Shown here: positions 9,815 through 21,101 of the stretch, piece after piece
Position numbering within the stretch: the first letter of the stretch is position 1
How the letters are laid out: each line of letters begins with the position of its first letter
Assembly: GCA_965202985.1 (NCBI GenBank)
Contig: CBDBCF010000001.1
Location: 768,001 to 832,000, forward strand
Source of the DNA: Longimicrobiales bacterium
Lineage (GTDB): Bacteria > Gemmatimonadota > Gemmatimonadetes > Longimicrobiales > Gaopeijiaceae
Direction: 5' to 3'
DNA: 64,000 nt
Translations under genes and position numbers: made by a program
Notes under the pieces: generated by a model
The model's input: the letters and a program-made list of their open reading frames with translations, nothing else
Told to the model about the DNA's origin: nothing
The model's database searches: none

Positions 9815-10417
9815 ATGAGCCTCTTGAGGCGCACCAGGCGCGGGCCTTCGGCCTTGGCTCCGGTGTTCGCAAGCGTCGGAGTCTTGGCCGTCGGCACCTG
9901 CTCCCTGGTGGAGAACAACACGTGCTGCTGGCTCGAGATCCGCCCGCGTCACGGTGGTCCAACCGACAGCTCGGCGGCGTACATCACCTCGCTGCTTGAT
10001 TCCGCGGGTCTGGCGGGCATCGAAATCGGAGTGCTCGGCAGAGTGTTCGCGGCCGACGACTTCAAGCCTACGGCAGGGGGATGGGCGACCGAGTATCCGC
10101 GGCTTCCGGTTACGGAGCACGGGGCACCGTCCGCATGGGTTCGACTCGTGCAGGAAGGTCGCGAGGCAACCATTGGCACGATGTCGTGGACGCTCGAGCA
10201 CAACACCGCCTGGTCGCTGATGTTCGACCGCACCGACCAGCCCCCGTGGGTCTACTTCCTTTCCGACTACTACGAGGACAAGTGCAACTTGGAGGTCTAT
10301 CCTTGTCGGTACAAGCGTCTGCCGATCGCCGAGGACCTTGCGAATTATCCGGGCGAATCCTTGTGGCTGGTGCTTGTGGAGTTCCCGGCCAAGGTGCCGA
10401 AAGGGGCGGTCAGCTAG
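9815..10417 (+). CDS. Hypothetical exported protein, opposite in orientation to the glycan cluster
   Basis: MSLLRRTRRG...ASVGVLAVGTC signal/lipobox-like N-terminus; protein-like composition; fills the gap between neuA and the C5-epimerase gene. Confidence 0.6.
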   Translation: MSLLRRTRRGPSALAPVFASVGVLAVGTCSLVENNTCCWLEIRPRHGGPTDSSAAYITSLLDSAGLAGIEIGVLGRVFAADDFKPTAGGWATEYPRLPVTEHGAPSAWVRLVQEGREATIGTMSWTLEHNTAWSLMFDRTDQPPWVYFLSDYYEDKCNLEVYPCRYKRLPIAEDLANYPGESLWLVLVEFPAKVPKGAVS

Positions 10418-11120
10418 AAGGAAGAGCCTCCTGCTCGCGGGCCAGCAGGTTGGCCAGCTGCAGGTCCAGCTCCGAGTCCACGCACACGGAGCGGTGCTCG
10501 GGCATCTCGTAGGGACGGATTCGGTCGCCCCACATGGAGTCGCCCAGGAGCACGTTGCGGCGGACCAGGTAGACGGCGCCGTTTCGCATGTAGGCGGCGG
10601 GCCGGTAGTCTTGGCGTCGCGTGCCCTCGGGCTCCGGGACGCAGAAGGGGCGCAGGTAGCCGTCTTCGACGCGCTTCATCAAGACGGGGTGGACCGCGTG
10701 GACGCGCACCACGGAGATCACCGAATCGCAGTCGCCCTGCTCGGCCAGGGCCACGGCGCCCTCCACGTCTTCGCGGGTGCGCAGCGGACTGGTCGGTTGC
10801 AGGAGCAGGACCCAGTCCACGGGGGCGCCGCCGTCCGCTTCGGCGAACTCCAGGGCGTGACGGGCCACCGGGACCATCGGCGCTTGGTCGTCGGCCAAGC
10901 GGGCGGGCCGCAGGAACGGCACGTCTCCCCCCGCCTGCCGGGCCACGCGAGCCACCTCGGGGTCGTCGGTGCTCACGACGGTGCGAAACACCAAGTCCCG
11001 CACCTCCGCCGCCGTTCGGACGGCGCGCGCGACCAGAGAGTCGCCCCCGACCCGCCGCAGGTTCTTGCGAGGCACGCCCTTGGAGCCGCCGCGGGCGGGG
11101 ATCACGCCTAGGATCCGCAT
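10410..11120 (-). CDS. neuA: Acylneuraminate cytidylyltransferase
   Basis: IPARGGSKGVPRKN, VVSTDD, LLQPTSPLR, NGAVY. Confidence 0.92.
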   Translation of the reverse strand: MRILGVIPARGGSKGVPRKNLRRVGGDSLVARAVRTAAEVRDLVFRTVVSTDDPEVARVARQAGGDVPFLRPARLADDQAPMVPVARHALEFAEADGGAPVDWVLLLQPTSPLRTREDVEGAVALAEQGDCDSVISVVRVHAVHPVLMKRVEDGYLRPFCVPEPEGTRRQDYRPAAYMRNGAVYLVRRNVLLGDSMWGDRIRPYEMPEHRSVCVDSELDLQLANLLAREQEALPSS

Positions 11121-12292
11121 CAGTAGGCGATCTGCTTGGCCACGGGGAGCGCTGGGCCGGCCAGCAGCGCAGCGGCCCGTTCGCCCGCGCGACCGTCGCC
11201 GTAGAGGTCGGAGCGCGCGTAGCGGCCGTGTCCGAGCTGGGCCTCGACGGCGGACTGGATGGCGCGGCGTTCGTGAGGCGCGTCGGTCACGTTGGAGGCT
11301 CGGTCGCGGCCGGCTTGGCGGTTCCCCACGTTGACGACCGGCAGGCCCAGGAACGCCCCCTCGCGGATCCCCGCCGACGAGTTGCCGATCAGGCAGGCGG
11401 CCCCGTCCAGCAGCCGCACGAAGTCCTCGGGCGACAGGTTCTTGAAGAAGTACACGTGGTCCATGGGGCGCGTCTCGCGGTGATGGCGGATGCCCTTGGA
11501 CACCAGGTCGGAGCCGGCGTCGACGTTGGGCCAGAACCAGAACGTGGGGCGGCCCATCGCCTCTACGGCGGCCAGCGTTTCCCGGATCTGGTCCGGGGCG
11601 CGCTCGTACTCGGTCGTCACGGGGTGTTGCAGGACGACAAGGTATTCGCCGGGCTCCGGCTGGAAGGGTTCACCCACGCCGGCGTAGCCGCCGAAGGGGT
11701 TGAAGGCCGCCGGCGCCGGCTCGGCCAGCGTGCGGGACGCCAAGTCGATCGATGGGCAGCCGGTCACGTGAACCGTCGCCGGGTCCTCGCCCATGCGCAC
11801 CACGCGGTCGCGCGCGGCGTCGTTGGAGACGAAGTGCACGTTGGCCAGCTTGGTCACGGCGTGACGCACCTTCTCGTCGATGGAGCCGGTGACTTCGCCG
11901 CCTTGGACGTGGGCCAGCGGGATGTTCAGGTAGGACGCGGCGATGGCGGTGGCGATCGTCTCGTAGCGGTCCGCCACGGAGACCACCACGCCGGGCTTCA
12001 AATTGTCGAAGATCGTGGCGAGTTCGACGACGCCCAGGCCGGTGGACTTGGCCGTGGTGACCAGGTTCTCGCCCTCCACGACCATGTACACCACGGCGTC
12101 GGGCTCGAAGCCGTCGGCCCGCATGACGTCCACGACGGGGCCGTAGCGCTCCAGCAGAGCCGACGCGCCCACGACCAGGAGCAGCTCCAGCTCCGGATGC
12201 GCGTCCACGGCCTGCAAGAGCGACTTGACCCGGGCGTAGCTGGGACGGGCCGTCACCACCACGCACACGCGGCGCTTGCTTCCGGTGATCAC
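11120..12292 (-). CDS. neuC: UDP-N-acetylglucosamine 2-epimerase (hydrolysing)
   Basis: ARPSY, ADRYE, HVQGGE, DEKVRHAVTKLA, GNSSAGIREG, GNRQAGR. Confidence 0.92.
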   Translation of the reverse strand: MITGSKRRVCVVVTARPSYARVKSLLQAVDAHPELELLLVVGASALLERYGPVVDVMRADGFEPDAVVYMVVEGENLVTTAKSTGLGVVELATIFDNLKPGVVVSVADRYETIATAIAASYLNIPLAHVQGGEVTGSIDEKVRHAVTKLANVHFVSNDAARDRVVRMGEDPATVHVTGCPSIDLASRTLAEPAPAAFNPFGGYAGVGEPFQPEPGEYLVVLQHPVTTEYERAPDQIRETLAAVEAMGRPTFWFWPNVDAGSDLVSKGIRHHRETRPMDHVYFFKNLSPEDFVRLLDGAACLIGNSSAGIREGAFLGLPVVNVGNRQAGRDRASNVTDAPHERRAIQSAVEAQLGHGRYARSDLYGDGRAGERAAALLAGPALPVAKQIAY

Positions 12293-13380
12293 GACGGGGA
12301 TGGGGACTGGGGCCGGGACGGCGCTTGGCAGAAGCGCAGCAGCTTCTCGGCCATGAACACCTCGGTTCGGGCCATGGACTCAAACGTAGCGCCGCCGACA
12401 TGGGGCGTGACGAGGACGTCGGTTCGGTCGCGCGCCAGGGACAAGAGACGGCTGCGGTGCGGTCCCCCGTCGGCGGTCTCGCCTGCCAGCACGTCCAGCG
12501 CGGCGCCTCCCAGGGCGCCCGATTCCAGCGCCGCGGCCAAGGCGTCTTCGTCCACGACGACGCCTCGGGAGGTGTTGACCAGCACGGCGCCCGGGGGAAG
12601 CGCGGCCAGGACACGGGCGTTCACGAGCCCTCGGGTTGCGGGCGACAGGGGCACATGCACGGACAGGACGTCCGACCGTCGGGCCAGCGACTCGGGGTCG
12701 GGCAGCCGCTCCACGTCCGTGGGCCAGTCCGCCGGCGAGGGGTCGCAGCCGGCCACCTTCATGCCGAACGCCAGCCCGCAGCGCGCCACGCGCCGTCCGA
12801 TCCGTCCCATGCCCAGGACGCCGAGGGCGCGGCCCGCCAGCTCGCGGCCGCGGAAGCGATCCCGGTCCCAGGGCTCGGTCGTGGCGTGGCGGTGCGCCCA
12901 TGGAATCCGCCGCGACAGGGCCAGCAGCAGCGCCCAGGCGTGCTCCGCCGTGGCGTGTACCGTGTCCAGGAACTCGGTCTCGCCCCGCAGCGACAGAACC
13001 GTCACGCCGCGGCGGCGGGCAGCGTCCAGGTCCAGGTGGTCCAGGCCAGTGGTGGCGGTGGCCACGACCTTCAGGTCCGGAGCGCGGGCTAGCAGATCGT
13101 CGTCCACGCGGTGCCGAAGGCGGACGATCAAGGCCGTCGCCCACGAGACGCGGTCAAGGAGCGCCCGCCGGTCCAGATCCTCCAGGCGAACGTCGCCGGC
13201 ACGGGCCAGGAGTGCAGCGGCTTCCTGCGAGTAGCCCGCGGATTCGGCGTTGAGGATGCGGTGGGCGGGCCGGCCAACCGTGGGCCCCCGTGCGCCTAGG
13301 GGTGCGTCTTGGGGCATGTCCGTGGTGACGCCCGGAAGCCCGCCCGGGTCTGCGTCCGCCGTCGGTCGGGCTGGGCTCAT
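12289..13380 (-). CDS. D-isomer-specific 2-hydroxyacid dehydrogenase
   Basis: TTGLDHLD, GMGRIG, VNTSRG, TPHVGGAT; ATG 13380 overlaps the neuB stop. Confidence 0.88.
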   Translation of the reverse strand: MSPARPTADADPGGLPGVTTDMPQDAPLGARGPTVGRPAHRILNAESAGYSQEAAALLARAGDVRLEDLDRRALLDRVSWATALIVRLRHRVDDDLLARAPDLKVVATATTGLDHLDLDAARRRGVTVLSLRGETEFLDTVHATAEHAWALLLALSRRIPWAHRHATTEPWDRDRFRGRELAGRALGVLGMGRIGRRVARCGLAFGMKVAGCDPSPADWPTDVERLPDPESLARRSDVLSVHVPLSPATRGLVNARVLAALPPGAVLVNTSRGVVVDEDALAAALESGALGGAALDVLAGETADGGPHRSRLLSLARDRTDVLVTPHVGGATFESMARTEVFMAEKLLRFCQAPSRPQSPSPS

Positions 13381-14420
13381 GGGGCCACGGGCTCCAGGTC
13401 GGACTCTTGGAGGTGGCTCCCGGAGGGCACGTTCCGCCGGAGCAGACGCCCCGACAGGGCCGGAATGCGGGCGGCGGAGATGCCGGTCCCGGGTTTGCGG
13501 GGGACCAAGTCTCCAGGGCCGATGCGGTGCCCCGCCGGCAAGGGGCGCGCGGCGACGGCGCTCTTCGAGAAGAGGGCGCGCACCGGGGCCAGTTCGCGGG
13601 CCATGGCGTCCTTGTCCACCGGATGAGCGCGGGCGGTCCGCAGGAACTCGGCGCCGCGGCACAGCTGGGCGAGTTCGTCGATCGTCACCGACGAGGCTTG
13701 GTCGGGGCCGAAGGCGCGCCGGGACAAGGTGACGTGCACCTCCACGACGTCGGCGCCCAGGGCCACGGCGGCCAAAGACGGGAAGATCGTCCCCGAGTGG
13801 TCGGAGAGACCTGCCGGCGCGCCGTAGCGAGCCTTCATTTCGGACAGGATGTTGAGGCCCGCGTCTTCGGGACCCGACGGATACTTGGACGTGCATTGGA
13901 GGAGGGCGAAGGAGGCGTCGGCGGCCTTGGCACGGGACACGACGCCGTCGATCTCGGACCAGTCGCTCATCCCCGTGGAGACCAGGACCGGCTTGCCCGA
14001 CGCCAGCATCCGGTCCAGCAGGCCGGGCGTGGCCACTTCGCCCGACGCCGCCTTCCACGCCGACACGCCTACGCGCGACAGCAGGTCGAACGCCTCGTCG
14101 GAGAACGGCGACGACATGAAGGCCAGACCGCACTTGTCGGCGTGCTTCCGAAGGCCCCGCCACTGGTCTTCCGTGAACTCCATTCGGCGCCAGTAGTCGT
14201 AGCGGCTGGCGTCCTGGGGGCTGAAGGGAACGCGCCAAGGCTCTTCGCGGGTGCTTTCGGCGGCGGCGATGTGCGTTTGGAACTTGATCGCGTCCGCCCC
14301 CGCGTCCGCCACGGCGTCGACGAAGGCGTGGGCCGTTCCCAAGCTGCCGTCGTGAGCCTGGGCCACTTCGGCGACGACGGGCGGGAAGGGGGCGGCGTTC
14401 GCGACGGGATTAGTGCTCAC
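13377..14420 (-). CDS. neuB: N-acetylneuraminate (nonulosonate) synthase with SAF domain
   Basis: AEVAQAHDG, AIKFQT, KAASGE, LQCTSKYP, GLSDHS, C-terminal KPGTGI. Confidence 0.92.
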   Translation of the reverse strand: MSTNPVANAAPFPPVVAEVAQAHDGSLGTAHAFVDAVADAGADAIKFQTHIAAAESTREEPWRVPFSPQDASRYDYWRRMEFTEDQWRGLRKHADKCGLAFMSSPFSDEAFDLLSRVGVSAWKAASGEVATPGLLDRMLASGKPVLVSTGMSDWSEIDGVVSRAKAADASFALLQCTSKYPSGPEDAGLNILSEMKARYGAPAGLSDHSGTIFPSLAAVALGADVVEVHVTLSRRAFGPDQASSVTIDELAQLCRGAEFLRTARAHPVDKDAMARELAPVRALFSKSAVAARPLPAGHRIGPGDLVPRKPGTGISAARIPALSGRLLRRNVPSGSHLQESDLEPVAP

Positions 14421-14878
14421 GGCAACTCCATGGCGAAGACGCGGGCGTCCTCCGCCGGTTCGCGGTAGTACGACGCCTGGGCGCCGATCTCTTGGAAGCC
14501 GAACTGCCGGTACAGCTTGGCGGCGCCCTCGTTGGAGGCGCGAACCGCCAGGAAGACCCACGTCGCGCCGCGCTTCCGGGCCGCGTCCACGGCTTCGCGG
14601 AGCAGTGCGCGCCCCAAACCGGCCCGCCGGCGCGCCGGACAGACGGCCAAGTTCGCCAGCTCCGACTCTCCGACCGTGGAACGCATGACCGCGTATCCCG
14701 CCACGCGACCGTCCGACTCCGCGACCACGATGTCCACGCTGGGCCTTCCCAAGAGCGACGCGAAGGTCTCCCGGCACCAAGGCTGCGCAAAGGAGTCCGC
14801 CTCGACCTGGGCGATCTGGTCCAGGTCGTCCTCCTCGGCCTGCCGGAGTCGAACGGCGTCGGTCACCCCGGCCTCCAT
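14417..14878 (-). CDS. rimI: Ribosomal protein S18 alanine N-acetyltransferase
   Basis: GNAT motifs NLAVCPARRRAGLG, VRASNEGAAKLY, YYREPAEDA; follows tsaB. Confidence 0.85.
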   Translation of the reverse strand: MEAGVTDAVRLRQAEEDDLDQIAQVEADSFAQPWCRETFASLLGRPSVDIVVAESDGRVAGYAVMRSTVGESELANLAVCPARRRAGLGRALLREAVDAARKRGATWVFLAVRASNEGAAKLYRQFGFQEIGAQASYYREPAEDARVFAMELP

Positions 14879-15717
14879 TCGCGCACGTAGTCCGGCTCCC
14901 AGTCCGCGACGTCCACCGGCGCCCATCGGCAGCAGCAGAGCACGGCGGCGGCCACGGGCACCCCGGCCGGAGGCGGCGCCACGGCGTACCCGGCGGCTTC
15001 GAGCAACCTCTTGTGGACCTCCGCCCCGCTTCCCGCGAACACGGTTCCCATCGGCGGCCGCCGGTTGATCACGTCCACGACCGTGCCCCCGTGAGGCGCG
15101 GTCACCTCGATCGGACCCTCGGCGCCCACGTCGTAGCAGGCGCCGTAGACCCGCCCGCCCCGGGCGTCGGCCAGGATGTACCTGACTTGGCGACGGTCTT
15201 CCGGGAGAGTGGCGGTGAGCGACCCAGACGCCGACGGGCCGAGCGGCCCTGCTACGTCCGGGACCAGGGCCGACACCCCCGCCATGGACTCTTGAGCGAA
15301 CGCGGCGGCGCGCAAGCTGGACGTAGCGCAGAGGGGGACGTTCAGAGCGCGCGCCAAGCCCTTCGCCGTCGCCGCGCCGACCCGTACCCCCGTGAACGAC
15401 CCCGGCCCCGCGCCCACTGCCACGCCCTCCAAGTCTTCCCGACTTCGGCCCGCGTCCTCCAGCACTCCCCGGATCGCCGGAATCAGCCGGTCGGCGTGGC
15501 TGGCCTGGTCGCCCAAGGACCGCACGGCCGCCACGACCCCGTCCACGGCCACCGCCACCGACCCCGGCGGCCCCGACGTCTCGATCCCCAAGAAGCATCC
15601 CGGCGGAAGCCCGACCCCCTGCGAGCGCCGCGCGTCTCGGGCGCGCTTCGCATCCGGCGCGGCCCGCGGCCCCGGCGAGACCTCCGTGGCGGATCCGGCC
15701 CGCGCGCGACGCCTCAC
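14863..15717 (-). CDS. tsaB: tRNA threonylcarbamoyladenosine biosynthesis protein TsaB
   Basis: LGIETS, GPGSFTGVRVG, ADARGGRVY; GTGA overlap with the tsaE stop; start uncertain. Confidence 0.88.
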   Translation of the reverse strand: MRRRARAGSATEVSPGPRAAPDAKRARDARRSQGVGLPPGCFLGIETSGPPGSVAVAVDGVVAAVRSLGDQASHADRLIPAIRGVLEDAGRSREDLEGVAVGAGPGSFTGVRVGAATAKGLARALNVPLCATSSLRAAAFAQESMAGVSALVPDVAGPLGPSASGSLTATLPEDRRQVRYILADARGGRVYGACYDVGAEGPIEVTAPHGGTVVDVINRRPPMGTVFAGSGAEVHKRLLEAAGYAVAPPPAGVPVAAAVLCCCRWAPVDVADWEPDYVREWRPG

Positions 15718-16165
15718 GCCAGCAACGCGGGGAAGCCCGGCAGCGCCGACGGCTCCCCGTGCCGTCGCACCTCGGCGGTGCGCAGGTCGGGCTCGTCCGC
15801 CAACCCCAGTTCGATCTCCCATCGGTCGTCCGGCAGTTCGCCGCCGGCCCGGCAAGCCCACTCGACCAGCACGATGGCGCGGTCGGCCAACACATCGTCC
15901 CACCCGACCCCGGCCAGCTCCTCCACGGCGGCAATCCGGTACAGGTCCGCGTGCACCAGCGCACCCCCGCCGGGAAGCTCGTACCGGAAGAGCACGTTGA
16001 ACGTCGGCGAAGGCACCACGCCCCGCACGCCGGCCCCCTCGGCCACCGACCGCGCGAAGACGGACTTCCCCGCACCCAACGGCCCCTCGAGCCCGATGAA
16101 CACGGGCAGCTCGACCCCGGCGCCGACCCGCCGACCCCATGCAGCCATCTGGTCTTCGGCGAGCC

Positions 16166-16169
<4 letters not shown>
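15714..16169 (-). CDS. tsaE: t6A biosynthesis ATPase TsaE
   Basis: [21 protein letters not shown]. Confidence 0.92.
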
Positions 16170-18197
<2,028 letters not shown>

Positions 18198-18205
<8 letters not shown>

Positions 18206-20423
18206 GCGAGCGCCGCTCGTCCAGGAACTCGCTCTCGCTGAAGCTCTCGCGCCGCACTACGGAGACGACGCCCTTCACGCGCCGGACCGCGTCCATGATC
18301 CGCTTCAGGTGGTTCAGGTTCCGGACCTCCACCACGATCGCGGCGGTCATCCCGCCGTCGGTGGCCCGCATGTCGGCGTGCTGGATGTCGGTCGCCGTCT
18401 CGGTGATCGTCTTGGCCACGTCTCCCAGCAGGCCGCGACGGTCGGTCCCTTCCATGTGCAAGTGGACGAAGAAGCGGTCCTCGCGCTCGGCCTTCCACTC
18501 GATCTCGACCCGGCGCTCCGGGTCTCGGTCGAGTTCCAGCACGTTGGGACAGTCGCTGCGGTGGATGGAGATGCCCCGGCCGCGGGTGGTGTAGCCGATC
18601 ACGTCGTCGCCGGGCACGGGCTGACAGCACCGCGAGTAGCGGACCATCAAGTCGTCCATGCCCTGGATCGTCACGCTTCGGTTCGACTTGCGAATCTTCT
18701 CGGCGATGCGCTCCAGGGCGGATGTCGACCGCTTGACCACCCGCGCCGGGTCCTCGTCGGGGTAGAAGGCCCGGATGACCGTGGCGGGGCCTGCTTCGCC
18801 GCGCGCCAGCGCCACCAAGGTCTCGTCGAAGCTGGAATAGCCGAGCCGTCTCGCGGCGCGTCGCATGTCGTCGTCGCTGGGCCGGGGCAGCCGCGTCTTG
18901 CGCAGCTCGCGCTGGAAGAACTCCTGGCCCAGGCGAAGGGCTTGGTCGAACTCCTGTCGGCGGATCCAGTGGCGTATCCGCTGGCGGGCGCGGGAAGTCT
19001 TGACGAAGCCGAGCCAGTCTCGGTTGGGCTTCTGACGGGCGTCAGTGATGATTTGGACCGAGTCGCCGTTCTTGAGCTTGCGCGACAGCGGCACGATGCG
19101 GCCGTTGACCTTGGCGCCGGCGCAGTGCAGTCCAACCTCCGTGTGGACCGAGAAGGCGAAGTCGATCGGCGACGAACCCTCCGGCAGCTGCTTGACTTCG
19201 CCCTTGGGCGTGAAGACGAAGATTTCCCCGTGGAACAGGTCCATGCGGAGGAACTCCATGAAGTCCTCCGGTTCGCCCTCCTCCGCTTCCTGCTGCCACT
19301 CCAGGACTTGGCGGAACCACGTCAGGGCCTCGTCGACGCGGCTTCCCTTGCCTTCTTCCTTGTAGCGCCAGTGGGCGGCGATGCCGTATTCGGCGGTCCG
19401 GTGCATCTCCTCGGTGCGGATTTGGACTTCGTAGCGCCTGCCGCCGGGGCCGTACACGGTGGTGTGGATCGACCGGTACATGTTCGACTTGGGCGTGGCG
19501 AGGTAGTCGTGGAAGCGGTCCTGGACAGGGGTCCACTTGCCGTGGACGACCCCGAGCGCGGCGTAGCAGCTGTGGATCGAGTCGGTGATGACCCGGAGCG
19601 CCATCAGGTCGTATATCTCGTCGTAGCTGCGACCCTGTGTGATCATCTTGCGGTGGATCGACCACAGGTGCTTGGGCCGGCCCGTCACCTCCGCCGGGAT
19701 GCCCGCCTTCTTCAAGAGGTCCTCCAGGGGCCGCTGCATCTCCAGGATGTGGCGCTCCCTCGCGCGGCGCCGTTGCCGCACCAGCTTCCGCAGAGCGTCG
19801 TAGGAGCCTCGGTCCAGGAACTTGAACGCCAGGTCCTCCAGCTCCCACTTGACCGCCGCCATGCCCAGGCGGTGGGCCAGCGGCGCGTAGATCTCGCGCG
19901 TCTCGCGGGCGATCGGCGTCTGTTTCGTCGTCGGCAGGTGTTCCAGCGTGCGCATGTTGTGCAGTCGGTCGGCCAGCTTGACCAGGATCACGCGAGCGTC
20001 CTTGGCCATCGACAGCAGCAGCTTGCGGTAGTTCCCGACTTGCTGCTCGGTGTGCGAGCGGAAGCGCACGCGGCCGATCTTGGTGACGCCGTCCACGATC
20101 GTCGCCACCTCGTCGCCCAAGACCTCGCGGATGCCCTGGAGCGACACAGCCGTGTCCTCCACCACATCGTGGACCAGCGCCGACGCCACCGAAGCCGTGT
20201 CGAGCCCAAGTTCGGCCACGATCGTGGCGACTTCCACGGCGTGGTTCACGAACGGCTCGCCCGACGCGCGACGCTGATCGGCGTGGGCCTCGGCGGCCAG
20301 TTCGTAGGCGGCTTGGATCACGTCCAGGTCCACCCGCCCGGCGTACGCCTCCAAGGCGCGAGCCAGCGGACGGGGAAGTCCTTGGGTCGTCGTGACGCGT
20401 TCGGCCGCCGCCGCAGTTGCCAT
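18198..20423 (-). CDS. relA: Bifunctional (p)ppGpp synthetase/hydrolase
   Basis: [36 protein letters not shown] and ACT domains. Confidence 0.96.
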
Positions 20424-20445
20424 ATGCGTTCAATCTACGTACACA

Positions 20446-20814
20446 ATGGACATGAAGCCCGAACCCGTTCCGCCTTGCCCGAAGCGTCCCAACTGCGTGT
20501 GCAGTCGCGACGACGCCCCGCGCCGGAACCGAGTGGCCCCGTTGGCATTCGAGGGCAACCCGGAGGCGGCATTCGCCCGCTTCCGGGAGATCGTGGTCGG
20601 CCTGCCGCGGACGACCGTGGCGGAGGAGGCCCCGGGGTGGTTCCGCGCCGTGTGCCGGACGCGCATCGGGTTCGCCGACGACCTGGAGGCGCGCCTGTGC
20701 CCGGAAGAGGGCGTGATCCACGTCCGATCGGCGTCGCGCCTGGGATGGTCCGACATGGGGGTGAACCGGCGGCGGGTGGAGGAGCTGCGGCGGCGGTTCG
20801 AGGAGCGCGACTAG
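20446..20814 (+). CDS. DUF1499 family protein
   Basis: CPKRPNCVCS, GFADDLE, HVRSASRLGWSDMGVNRRRVE. Confidence 0.88.
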   Translation: MDMKPEPVPPCPKRPNCVCSRDDAPRRNRVAPLAFEGNPEAAFARFREIVVGLPRTTVAEEAPGWFRAVCRTRIGFADDLEARLCPEEGVIHVRSASRLGWSDMGVNRRRVEELRRRFEERD

Positions 20815-21101
20815 GCGGCTAGGCTAGGCCGAAGCTCCGCTGCGCGGGACGTGCGACTTCCACTGCCCGAGGCGCGCGAAATCCATTGGTCGACAAGGTC
20901 GCGGCGCAGGTTCGCGGGGTCGCGCTGCTCGGTTCGCGGAGTCGTTTGCCCGACGCCGAGAAGGCAACCCCAAGCCTCCGGCGCGAAGTCGGGCCGAAAC
21001 AGCTATTCGAGCGCCCCGTTTCCGGCCCCATCGTTCGGGTATCCGCACCCCCCCCCCCTGGACGCGGAACGACCCCCGCACTCCGAAAGGCCGCTTGCCC
21101 A

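Noticed and set aside
20432..20452. TGTC-N11-TAGATT upstream of relA-uvrB
   Set aside because: Spacing is one base short and the CACCCC core is absent; more likely an ordinary -10 element.
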